A DNA stretch of 42,877 nucleotides, from positions 1-42,877 of the IMG/VR virus record IMGVR_UViG_3300029702_000014; one strand, 5' to 3'. Every line of letters starts with the position of its first letter. Position 1 is the stretch's first letter. The notes beneath the pieces were generated by a model. The model saw only the letters and a list, made by a program, of their open reading frames with translations. It had not been told where the DNA came from and did not search any database. Of this stretch, positions 6,618 through 13,554 are shown piece by piece. The DNA is from a virus. The position numbers and the translations under genes were made by a program.

Positions 6618-6656
6618 TTTTTAACAAAAAATGGCGCAGAAAAAGTCTGCGCCATT
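6618..6656 (-). terminator. Minus-strand intrinsic terminator or attenuator just upstream of the XRE-int operon
   Basis: Perfect 11-bp stem AATGGCGCAGA / TCTGCGCCATT, loop AAAAG. On the minus strand it is followed by TTTTTTGTT. Confidence 0.5.
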
Positions 6657-6694
6657 CGACAAATTTTATCCGTATTTTGTTTTCCAACGGCGCA

Positions 6695-6703
6695 TGGTAA
6701 AAT
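6695..6703 (+). promoter_or_regulatory. Extended -10 element TGGTAAAAT
   Basis: TG-n-TAAAAT lies about 45 nt upstream of the ATG at 6750. Confidence 0.3.
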
Positions 6704-6749
6704 CTGGATTATAAATCGTAGATGTGCACAAAAGAAAGGAGAAAACAAA

Positions 6750-6860
6750 ATGGATTTTGAGCAAAGAAACGGCAAAGAAACTGAAATGACCATCATCGAC
6801 GGAATGCCCGCCAGCATCCTGACCGGCACCGACCACACCCCTGCACCCTGGGAGGAATGA
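6750..6860 (+). CDS. 36-aa hypothetical peptide
   Basis: RBS AAAGGAGA lies 8 nt before the ATG. Followed 3 nt later by the next gene. Confidence 0.4.
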   Translation: MDFEQRNGKETEMTIIDGMPASILTGTDHTPAPWEE

Positions 6861-6863
6861 GTT

Positions 6864-7076
6864 ATGAAAAATCTGTCACACTTTCGCACCCATGCCCGTG
6901 CCCTGCTGGCCTGCTATTTGGATATGACCCCGGAGCAGCAGCGCCTTGCTCGCGCTTACATTCAAGATAAGGCCCTGCCGGAGGTGCAAGCCCTGCGTAA
7001 CGCCGCCGGTGAGCCCGGCGGGGCGCTGGCGGCTGACTTGTTGCAAAATTTGCAGCAGCCTTGCAACCGCGAATAA
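6864..7076 (+). CDS. 70-aa hypothetical protein
   Basis: RBS GGGAGGAA lies 6 nt upstream. Confidence 0.55.
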   Translation: MKNLSHFRTHARALLACYLDMTPEQQRLARAYIQDKALPEVQALRNAAGEPGGALAADLLQNLQQPCNRE

Positions 7077-7118
7077 GCTGAAATGTCAGCGTAAATCCAC
7101 ATTTTTCAGCGTATTTTT
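7077..7118 (+). terminator. Intrinsic terminator after 6864..7076
   Basis: Stem GCTGAAATGT / ACATTTTTCAGC (10 bp with a 2-nt bulge), then GTATTTTT. Confidence 0.45.
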
Positions 7119-7190
7119 CCGCTGAAAGAAGGGAACGAATGGGGATCGACGACAACAACCTGCGGTTTTATAATATGGTCGTGAACAGGT

Positions 7191-7910
7191 TTACAGGCCA
7201 AGCAGCTGAGATTTCTTTGTGTTGTACTCCGCTTCCGTGATGGCCCCCATATCCAGTAGCTGCTTAAACTTCAAAAGCTCATCGGCGGCGCTGGATGCCG
7301 CCGGAGTGGCAGCCTGTGGCTTCTCCCGGCTGACTTTGCAGTTCTTGAGAAAATCGGTCATACCTCCGGGATAAACCGTTGTCGGCAGACTGGTTTCTCC
7401 AATAGGGATCGTAAAACGGATGGAAACGTTTTCTTTGCTGCGGCTGCCTTTGCGGGCCTCTGTTTTGGCGGTAGCAGCGCCCACGATAGCACCCACAGGA
7501 CCGGCAACGGCTGCACCGATCACGGCCCGGCCAATGCCGCCTTTGGTCTCTGTCACCGTCAAATCGTCTGGCGCGTCAGATTCGTAACCGGCGACTTCAT
7601 CAAAGCTGTAGATCATGCGAGGGCCTTTATCACCGCCGCGATGCCCAAAGCAAAACAGTCGGTTTGCCTTGTCGATGGACACAAAAAGCGCATCTCCATC
7701 ATAGATGGAATCGGTCTCCTTGAACGCTTTGCGGCGGCCTTCCAACGTAGCCCAGTAATCAGCAAGGGCGGCTGTCGGTTGCTTTGCTGCTCGGATGCCC
7801 AATTTTGAAAAGAAAAAGTTGCTGCAGCTGGCGCAAATCAAGCCGTCCGCGCTTTTCTCACGGTTCAGAAGGCCCAGCTTTCCGCCGCAGACAGGACAGG
7901 CATTTGCCAT
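7191..7910 (-). CDS. Zinc-ribbon / glycine-zipper / SHOCT-domain protein, a lysogeny-side accessory gene
   Basis: RBS GAGGTGG lies 5 nt before ATG 7910. N-terminus CPVCGGKLG...CASC. Central GGIGRAVIGAAVAGPVGAIVGAATA. C-terminus ELLKFKQLLDMGAITEAEYNTKKSQLL is SHOCT-like. Confidence 0.75.
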   Translation of the reverse strand: MANACPVCGGKLGLLNREKSADGLICASCSNFFFSKLGIRAAKQPTAALADYWATLEGRRKAFKETDSIYDGDALFVSIDKANRLFCFGHRGGDKGPRMIYSFDEVAGYESDAPDDLTVTETKGGIGRAVIGAAVAGPVGAIVGAATAKTEARKGSRSKENVSIRFTIPIGETSLPTTVYPGGMTDFLKNCKVSREKPQAATPAASSAADELLKFKQLLDMGAITEAEYNTKKSQLLGL

Positions 7911-7921
7911 AATAACCACCT

Positions 7922-7953
7922 CATAAACAAAAATAGGCAGCCAACCAGCTGCC
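7922..7953 (-). terminator. Minus-strand terminator or attenuator-like hairpin immediately upstream of the SHOCT gene RBS
   Basis: Stem GGCAGC / GCTGCC, 6-nt loop. On the minus strand it is followed by TATTTTTGTTT. Confidence 0.35.
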
Positions 7954-8041
7954 GAAAAGCTAAATTATCAAGGAAAATGCCAAAGGGGGAAAATAAAGTG
8001 CAAGAAAATAGCACAAAATTGATGAAAGAAACCACAGAATG

Positions 8042-8050
8042 TGTTATACT
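8042..8050 (+). promoter_or_regulatory. Extended -10 element TGTTATACT
   Basis: TG-n-TATACT lies about 70 nt upstream of ATG 8119. Confidence 0.3.
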
Positions 8051-8118
8051 TGAGAAAATCAAGATTGCACTTTCCCTTGGTATCGACGTGGATAAACTCT
8101 TAAAGGAGGCAACGCAAA

Positions 8119-8496
8119 ATGTCGAATAATGTGCTTCTTTTCATCATCGCCGTGTTTGTTATCGCAATGTTTGCGATTCTCGCTTACGAGTTCCTTCATC
8201 TCAATGACTTTGCACTTTTTCGGTCTAATCCCAAACAGGAGCCGGAGCAAAAGTGCGCAGGCATCCCTTTAGAGTACCTTAAAACAGAAGTTACTTATAA
8301 AGGCGTTACCCTTGCAGACCTTATGGAGCTGTGCCCTGATACGCATTTCCATATCAAAGACGGTCTTGGCGGATACCTTTCCATTACACTAGGCAGCAAA
8401 GAAGCAAGAGCACCGCGCAAATACAGATCTGTATACGTTACCAGCCTCGACCCTTGCTCCTATGAGCTGGAAGTTTCAGACTCTTCGCTCCTTTGA
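8119..8496 (+). CDS. N-terminally membrane-anchored hypothetical protein
   Basis: RBS AAGGAGG lies 9 nt upstream. TM segment is VLLFIIAVFVIAMFAILAY. The local region is lower in GC. Confidence 0.7.
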   Translation: MSNNVLLFIIAVFVIAMFAILAYEFLHLNDFALFRSNPKQEPEQKCAGIPLEYLKTEVTYKGVTLADLMELCPDTHFHIKDGLGGYLSITLGSKEARAPRKYRSVYVTSLDPCSYELEVSDSSLL

Positions 8497-8852
8497 GTCA
8501 CCAAAAGCGTCAATAACGTACTCACAACAGCAGAGATCACCGCAATGGCAGCGCTTTGAAAGAACTGCCTGCGGCTGATTCTCTGCTTTCTTTGTTGGTC
8601 AACAAAATAAGTTTTTCCTTTATCCGTCAGCCTAACAACAGCGGGATTGTTTTCTCCTATGCGAACGCTTGGTTCAATACCTTCTACTTTTACATATCCA
8701 TCAGCACGAAGAATCGACAAAACCGAGTCAACATTTTCTTCTCCTACGACCCGATTTAAGTACGCCTTTCCTAAATAACCATTACGATTTTTACTTTCAT
8801 AATAATCATAAATGGCTTTGATGGCCTTTTCTTCCTGTTTTAGATTAGCCAT
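8460..8852 (-). CDS. Hypothetical protein with a winged-helix-like N-terminal part and a C-terminal TM segment
   Basis: ATG at 8852 (alternative 8864) overlaps the end of the repressor gene. C-terminal TM is AAIAVISAVVSTLLTLLV. Its 3' end overlaps the convergent gene 8119..8496 by 37 nt. Confidence 0.6.
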   Translation of the reverse strand: MANLKQEEKAIKAIYDYYESKNRNGYLGKAYLNRVVGEENVDSVLSILRADGYVKVEGIEPSVRIGENNPAVVRLTDKGKTYFVDQQRKQRISRRQFFQSAAIAVISAVVSTLLTLLVTQRSEESETSSS

Positions 8853-9207
8853 TCCCGTCACCATCCGGCATATTCAAAACGGCATCAATCGTAGTGTTCA
8901 GCATATCCCAAAATGCCGCCTGCTGTTCAGGCGAAAGCTTTTTCATCTTATTAAGAGTGGCCTGCGCCTTTGCATCCAGCCCATCACCCTCCGGGGTGCT
9001 GGGCTTTTCTTTTTGCTCGCTTTCGCCTGTGAGCTCCTCAGACGGAACATTAAAAAATGTGGCAATTTTTTCAATCGTCGCTTTTCTTGGCACTGATCCA
9101 TTGCTCCATCTGGTAACGACAGAGCGCTGAAAGCCCATTTCTTCCGCAACGGCTGACGGAGATTTCCCAATCTTGTTACAAAGGCGCACAAAGTTCAAGT
9201 AAAACAA
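8845..9207 (-). CDS. XRE-family repressor, CI-like by position
   Basis: RBS GGAGGTG lies 5 nt before the TTG at 9207. HTH reads LCNKIGKSPSAVAEEMGFQRSVVTRWSNG. Divergent from the operator-bearing rightward promoter. Confidence 0.7.
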   Translation of the reverse strand: MFYLNFVRLCNKIGKSPSAVAEEMGFQRSVVTRWSNGSVPRKATIEKIATFFNVPSEELTGESEQKEKPSTPEGDGLDAKAQATLNKMKKLSPEQQAAFWDMLNTTIDAVLNMPDGDGNG

Positions 9208-9244
9208 AATGACACCTCCGTTTTTGTGCAAACATACAAAAGTG

Positions 9245-9321
9245 AACAAACGCAACAAAATGCCTTGACTGTTGCGTTTGTTTGCGCTATACTGTGCTTG
9301 TTGGATGTAAACAAACGCAAC
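9245..9321. promoter_or_regulatory. Three copies of the 13-mer AACAAACGCAACA: O1 9245..9257 direct, O2 9270..9282 inverted, O3 9310..9322 direct
   Basis: Exact 13-mers read directly. O2 fills the spacer of the rightward promoter. Confidence 0.7.
9265..9293 (+). promoter_or_regulatory. Near-consensus sigma-70 promoter (early rightward)
   Basis: TTGACT, a 17-nt spacer, then TATACT. Confidence 0.7.
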
Positions 9322-9442
9322 ACAAGAGACACCCAAAACAATAGGCGTTTGCTTGTTAGCTATTAAGTACTTCGCGCCTACATAATAGCACGTTTTGTGA
9401 ACATTTGCAACAAGCATTTTTGACACGGTGACAAGAAAAAGC

Positions 9443-9474
9443 CCGCCTGCGGTTGTTTCGCAGACGGACTTTTC
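9443..9474. terminator. Terminator-like hairpin inside the 340-nt leader between the rightward promoter and the Cro-like gene
   Basis: Stem CCCGCCTGCG / CGCAGACGG (8 bp with one mismatch), loop GTTGTTT. Flanked by AAGAAAAAG on the left and CTTTTC on the right. Confidence 0.4.
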
Positions 9475-9642
9475 ACCGATTTGTAACCAGAACGCACTTG
9501 CTCGTGTCTGGAACTGGCTGGCTCAAAAGTTTGGTCATCGAAATCACCTGCCTTTTGAATCAGTTTAACTAGGAGCCTTGAACAGTATAGCAAATCGGTG
9601 CGCCGTTGTCAATTTATTAACCAAAAACAGGGAGGTGGAAGA

Positions 9643-9846
9643 GTGCCTGAACCGTGGACCGGAAGACTGATTGGCCGAATGCACAACAACGAAGTCACGC
9701 TGGACCAGCTTGCAGAACGTCTGGGATGGACGAAGAGCTATTGCTCGATGATCCTGAACAGCAAGCGCAAGCCGCGCGGCATCCGTGAAAAGATGGAAAC
9801 TGCCGTCAGCGAGATCATCAAGGAAAAGGAGGACAAAACGGCATGA
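9643..9846 (+). CDS. Small HTH protein, Cro-like or excisionase-like by position
   Basis: RBS GGGAGGTGG lies 4-7 nt before GTG 9643. Sequence includes EVTLDQLAERLGWTKSYCSMILNSKRKP. Confidence 0.6.
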   Translation: MPEPWTGRLIGRMHNNEVTLDQLAERLGWTKSYCSMILNSKRKPRGIREKMETAVSEIIKEKEDKTA

Positions 9847-10646
9847 GCGAATTAAACAATCTCATCCCCATTAGCTACGATAACCCGGAGCGCCCCACTG
9901 TGAGCGGCCGGGAGCTGCACGAGTTTCTTGGTGTCAAATCCAGATATAATGACTGGTTTAACAACATGACTGCCTACGGATTTGCCGAAAATGTCGATTA
10001 TGTGTCGCTTACTAAAAATTTAGTAAACGGTGGACGCAGCACCGACCACCAGCTGACCATCCCAATGGCCAAAGAGCTGTGCATGATCCAGCGCAACGAG
10101 CGTGGCAAGCAGGCCCGGCAGTATTTCTTGGCCGTGGAGGCGCAGTGGAACAGCCCGGAAGCGGTCATGCGCCGTGCGGTGCTCATTGCAGACCGCAAAG
10201 TGAAAGAGCTGCAAAGCGTGAACCGCAGCCTGCTGGCCGAGAACAGCGACCTGAAGCCGGATGCAGAGTATGCCCGGGCGGTGTGCGTGGGCAAGAACTG
10301 CCGCACCACTACCAGCATTGCCAAGGATTACGGCCTGAGCGCCGAGAAACTCAACAGCATCCTTCACGGCCTGAAGATCCAGTACAAGACCAGCGACGGC
10401 CAGTGGGTGCTATACGCAAAGTATAGCGGAAAAGGTTACACCAAAAACCGCAAATCCACGCCGTTCCAGCACAAGAGCACCGGCGAGTGGGACACCAAGA
10501 ACACCACCGTATGGACGGAAGCGGGCCAGCGGTTTATCTATGAGCAACTCAAGGCCGTGGGAATGCTGCCCAGCGTGGAGCGCAGGCAGAGCGTGGAGCA
10601 GATGGAGCTTGCCGCCCGGCAGCACAACCAGGACGGGGTGGCGTAA
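9843..10646 (+). CDS. Phage antirepressor (AntA-like N-terminal domain plus KilA-C-like C-terminal domain)
   Basis: RBS AAGGAGGA. N-terminus SGRELHEFLGVKSRYNDWF. The central/C-terminal TTSIAKDYGLSAEKLNSILHGLKIQYK is typical of the family. Confidence 0.75.
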   Translation: MSELNNLIPISYDNPERPTVSGRELHEFLGVKSRYNDWFNNMTAYGFAENVDYVSLTKNLVNGGRSTDHQLTIPMAKELCMIQRNERGKQARQYFLAVEAQWNSPEAVMRRAVLIADRKVKELQSVNRSLLAENSDLKPDAEYARAVCVGKNCRTTTSIAKDYGLSAEKLNSILHGLKIQYKTSDGQWVLYAKYSGKGYTKNRKSTPFQHKSTGEWDTKNTTVWTEAGQRFIYEQLKAVGMLPSVERRQSVEQMELAARQHNQDGVA

Positions 10647-10686
10647 CATGACACTGAACCGCATGAACGGTAAAGGAGGAGCAAGC

Positions 10687-10929
10687 ATGAAAAAAGCTAT
10701 TTTTGGCGTAGCGTCCGTATTGGCAAGCGCTTTGCTGATGGCCGGATGCAATAAGCAGGTTATTGATCTGACCTATGAATACAGCTGGGCGCAGCTGAAA
10801 ATGCCCGACGGAACGATTGTCGAGGGCAAGCTGAATAGTTGGGATGATTACGAGGGTGACCAGCTGCAAGTGAAGATTGACGGTGTGACCTATCTGGTTC
10901 ATTCGTCCAACATTGTTATGCGTCATTGA
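10687..10929 (+). CDS. Small lipoprotein
   Basis: RBS AAGGAGGA lies 6 nt upstream. Signal peptide plus lipobox: MKKAIFGVASVLASALLMAGC. Confidence 0.75.
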   Translation: MKKAIFGVASVLASALLMAGCNKQVIDLTYEYSWAQLKMPDGTIVEGKLNSWDDYEGDQLQVKIDGVTYLVHSSNIVMRH

Positions 10930-10945
10930 TGCAAGGAGGATCTTT

Positions 10946-11263
10946 ATGAAAACCACGATGCGCGACAAGGTTTGCCAGCTGATTGGTAAGTATCAGTTCT
11001 TGGAAGAGGACTTCCTCGACAAGGCGTTTTTGAAAGCCTCGATGGGCGGTGGCCCTGCCGGCTTTTACAGTAAGTTGGCAGAATCTGCTCAGGCGGATAT
11101 GTGCGGCCGGTTTCTGGCCGACCTGAAGAAGCTGCTGGAAGAGGACGAAGATGCAGCAGCCCAGGAAGACCCCCGCAAGACTGCCCCGGCAGGCAAGTGG
11201 TGCGCGGACTCAGCGGCACAGGCAGCTGAGAGAGTCGCAAAGGAGGCGCGGAACAATGGGTGA
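10946..11263 (+). CDS. Hypothetical protein
   Basis: RBS AAGGAGGA lies 5 nt upstream. 105 aa. Confidence 0.65.
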   Translation: MKTTMRDKVCQLIGKYQFLEEDFLDKAFLKASMGGGPAGFYSKLAESAQADMCGRFLADLKKLLEEDEDAAAQEDPRKTAPAGKWCADSAAQAAERVAKEARNNG

Positions 11264-11441
11264 AGTACTATCGATCATCATCGCGTTTGCCGTCCTTCTG
11301 GGCATCTCGTGGGGCGTTACCTGTGCCGCCGTGTGGGCCATCTGCGCATTGATGCACTGGACGTTCACCTGGGCCGCCGGAACGGCGGCGTGGATTGCGC
11401 TGCTTCTGATAGGCAGCTTTTGCAGCAGCTCTAAAAAGTAA
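11256..11441 (+). CDS. 61-aa two-TM membrane protein
   Basis: RBS AAGGAGG lies 9 nt upstream. Hydrophobic throughout. Overlaps the previous gene by 8 nt. Confidence 0.6.
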   Translation: MGEVLSIIIAFAVLLGISWGVTCAAVWAICALMHWTFTWAAGTAAWIALLLIGSFCSSSKK

Positions 11442-11498
11442 GGTGCACAATGGAAGAAGAATGGGCACTGTAACGAGATACAGGGAGGAACATAACGC

Positions 11499-12203
11499 AT
11501 GAGTAAGAAGATCATCGCATATAAGGCCATGGACAAAAACATGATGTGCCGTGGCAAGCAGTATGAGGTGGGCAAGACCTACCATGAGGACAAGGCTGAC
11601 TGCTGCCACGCTGGTATGCACGCCTGCGAGAACCCTCTGGATGTGCTGCACTACTACCCACTGAAGGATAGCCCGCACTTTTTTGAGGTCGAGTGCGGCG
11701 GGAACGCGGATAAAAGCGGAGAGGACAGTAAACTGGCCTGCACTGAGCTGACGGTGAAAGGCGAGGTAAATTTTGCAGGGCTGGTAAAAGCTGCGGTGAA
11801 TGCCGTTTTTAATCGAGTGAAGGGCAAAGAACCTTTTTCCAGCGGCTATTACAGCACGGCGGGTTCCAGCGGCTATTACAGCACGGCGGGTTCCAGCGGC
11901 TATTACAGCACGGCGGGTTCCAGCGGCGATTACAGCACGGCGGGTTCCAGCGGCAATTCCAGCACGGCGGCAGCCACTGGGGCTTATTGCAGGGCAAAAG
12001 CAGACGGAAAAGATAGCATTGCCGTTGTAAACGGTGCTTGCGGTAAGGCGTGCGGCGCACTGGGCTGCTATCTGGTGCTGACCGAGTATGATGATGACGG
12101 CAATATGCTTCTGGCCAAAATGGCAAAGGTTGACGGAGCCGTTATCAAAGAAAACACCTGGTACACGCTCAAAAACGGGGAATTTGTGGAGTGGAAGCCA
12201 TGA
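11499..12203 (+). CDS. DUF7666-like phage protein with a repetitive SSGYYSTAG middle region
   Basis: RBS GGGAGGAA. N-terminus IIAYKAMDKNMMCRGKQYEVGKTYHED...CHAGMHACENPLDVLHYY. C-terminus DGAVIKENTWYTLKNGEFVEW. The family name is from memory. Confidence 0.65.
   Translation: MSKKIIAYKAMDKNMMCRGKQYEVGKTYHEDKADCCHAGMHACENPLDVLHYYPLKDSPHFFEVECGGNADKSGEDSKLACTELTVKGEVNFAGLVKAAVNAVFNRVKGKEPFSSGYYSTAGSSGYYSTAGSSGYYSTAGSSGDYSTAGSSGNSSTAAATGAYCRAKADGKDSIAVVNGACGKACGALGCYLVLTEYDDDGNMLLAKMAKVDGAVIKENTWYTLKNGEFVEWKP
11838..11972 (+). repeat. 27-bp in-frame tandem repeat: 3 perfect copies plus 2 diverged copies
   Basis: TCCAGCGGCTATTACAGCACGGCGGGT occurs at 11838, 11865 and 11892. Variant copies occur at 11919 and 11946. 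Confidence 0.9.
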
Positions 12204-12317
12204 AGAAGCACTACAACAAGCGTTGGCTTGAACAGCGCTGGGATGCAAGGCAGCCGGAACGGTTGGAGCACATCCGGCTGAAACGGCAGCTGAGAGGAAA
12301 AAAGGAGGGGTGCGACA

Positions 12318-12554
12318 GTGAAGCCGAGCATGGGAATCGCAGAGTGCGTCCAGATTCTTCGAGACAATAACATCTCAAAGACCGAAAAGGTCTTGGGAGC
12401 GCAGATTCAGGCTGGAATTTTCCCGGAGTGGTCAAAGCCGTCCGTAGGAACAAAAGAGCTTTGCCCTGACATCTCCCGCGCCAGGTTTATGGAGTGGGTG
12501 AAGGATTTTTACAAGCTCGAAAAAGTTTATACAAAGGAGGATCCGAAAGAATGA
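12318..12554 (+). CDS. Hypothetical protein
   Basis: RBS AAGGAGGGG lies 7-9 nt before GTG 12318. Confidence 0.55.
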   Translation: MKPSMGIAECVQILRDNNISKTEKVLGAQIQAGIFPEWSKPSVGTKELCPDISRARFMEWVKDFYKLEKVYTKEDPKE

Positions 12555-12835
12555 AACTCAAATCTACTACTTACTACTGGTTGGCTGTCGTTTTTGGCGG
12601 CGTTGGAATGGGCGCGGCTATGGGCGCAGAGGGCACCGCGCAGACCACTGGATACATCTCCGGCACGCTGTTTGCGGTGTCGCTGGTGCTGATTTTGGCC
12701 GCTGTTCTGCTGGCTCGTCTGGGCTTTGCCGCAGAGGACAGGGAGAGAGCCGCAAAGCGACGCAAGTACGGCAAGATTAACCGCACCCACGCCCGCAACC
12801 AGGAATACCCGGAGAATCAGGAGCGTGGGGCATGA
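12551..12835 (+). CDS. Two-TM membrane protein
   Basis: RBS AAGGAGGA. The ATGA start overlaps the previous stop. Confidence 0.65.
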   Translation: MKLKSTTYYWLAVVFGGVGMGAAMGAEGTAQTTGYISGTLFAVSLVLILAAVLLARLGFAAEDRERAAKRRKYGKINRTHARNQEYPENQERGA

Positions 12836-13041
12836 TGACGGCCAAAGAGTACGTTGAGGGCAAAGTCAAATCCTACACGCGGCTTGCCGAACGCTGCAGG
12901 CGAGAAGCCGAAGCCTCAGACGACATTGTTGTCCGGGCCGAATACTCCGCACGGGCAAACGTCTGGGAGATGTGCGCCGAAGAAATGGACAACGTGCGGG
13001 AGATGTTGCAAGAAGAATCCGGGGAGATCACGTATGCCTGA
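12832..13041 (+). CDS. Hypothetical protein
   Basis: ATGA overlap with the previous gene. 69 aa. Confidence 0.6.
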   Translation: MMTAKEYVEGKVKSYTRLAERCRREAEASDDIVVRAEYSARANVWEMCAEEMDNVREMLQEESGEITYA

Positions 13042-13324
13042 CACTGTCCACCATGTCATGTGGTACACCGTGTATGATGCCAAGACCGGAGACCTGATCG
13101 CCAGCGGCACGTCTGAGATGTGTGCCAGGCGGCTGGGTTACAAAAGCGCAAACAGCTTTGCATCTGCGAGCAGCCACAGTCGCAGCGGCAGGCATCCGGC
13201 TCGCAAGTACATTTTTGAGAAAGAGTGCATCCGACGTGATGAGGTGGACAGTCTGCCGCCGATACGCCGCAAAAAAAGAAGAGCCTGCCCGTGCGCCAAC
13301 ACGGACAAGCCCAAAGGGCGATGA
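13034..13324 (+). CDS. Hypothetical basic protein
   Basis: ATG 13034 overlaps the previous gene by 8 nt. 96 aa. Confidence 0.5.
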   Translation: MPDTVHHVMWYTVYDAKTGDLIASGTSEMCARRLGYKSANSFASASSHSRSGRHPARKYIFEKECIRRDEVDSLPPIRRKKRRACPCANTDKPKGR

Positions 13325-13374
13325 GTCTCGCCGCCCATCACCACAAAAATAACATAAAACAGGAGGTTTTACAA

Positions 13375-13548
13375 GTGGCACTTTTGAGAATTTACGATGT
13401 GGAGCAAGAGCCGCCAGCGCTTGTTTCGCAGCAGCAATTTCCGGTTACTTCGGATGCAATTGCGATTGCCGATGAACTGGCAAAGAGAAAGCCCGAACGG
13501 CTGTACAGGGTGTTTGACGCCGATATGAACGTTGTGTATGCGAGGTGA
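13375..13548 (+). CDS. 57-aa hypothetical protein
   Basis: RBS AGGAGG lies 8 nt before GTG 13375. Confidence 0.5.
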   Translation: MALLRIYDVEQEPPALVSQQQFPVTSDAIAIADELAKRKPERLYRVFDADMNVVYAR

Positions 13549-13554
13549 ATATTT

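Noticed and set aside
7077-7130. Minus-strand terminator for the SHOCT gene formed by TTCAGCG/CGCTGAA
   Set aside because: The hairpin is followed on the minus strand by an A-rich tract, not a T-rich one. Only the plus-strand reading (7077..7118) looks like a terminator.
6862-7158. 98-aa minus-strand ORF opposite 6864..7076, and small ORFs at 7865..8062(-) and 8059..8250(-)
   Set aside because: They have no RBS and overlap RBS-supported plus-strand genes or intergenic hairpins.
9378-9593. 71-aa minus-strand ORF in the early leader
   Set aside because: It has no RBS and would run through the terminator-like hairpin at 9443-9474. The region is better explained as an untranslated leader.
11838-11972. 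Possible CRISPR array (also considered for the 12-mers at 16248..16331)
   Set aside because: The repeats are directly tandem with no spacers. They are in frame inside well-supported genes, and no cas genes are present.
12200-12370. 56-codon ORF starting with an ATGA overlap at the end of the DUF7666-like gene
   Set aside because: It overlaps the next RBS-supported gene (GTG 12318) by 53 nt in another frame. It is highly basic and has no RBS of its own. It is not excluded, but evidence is insufficient.
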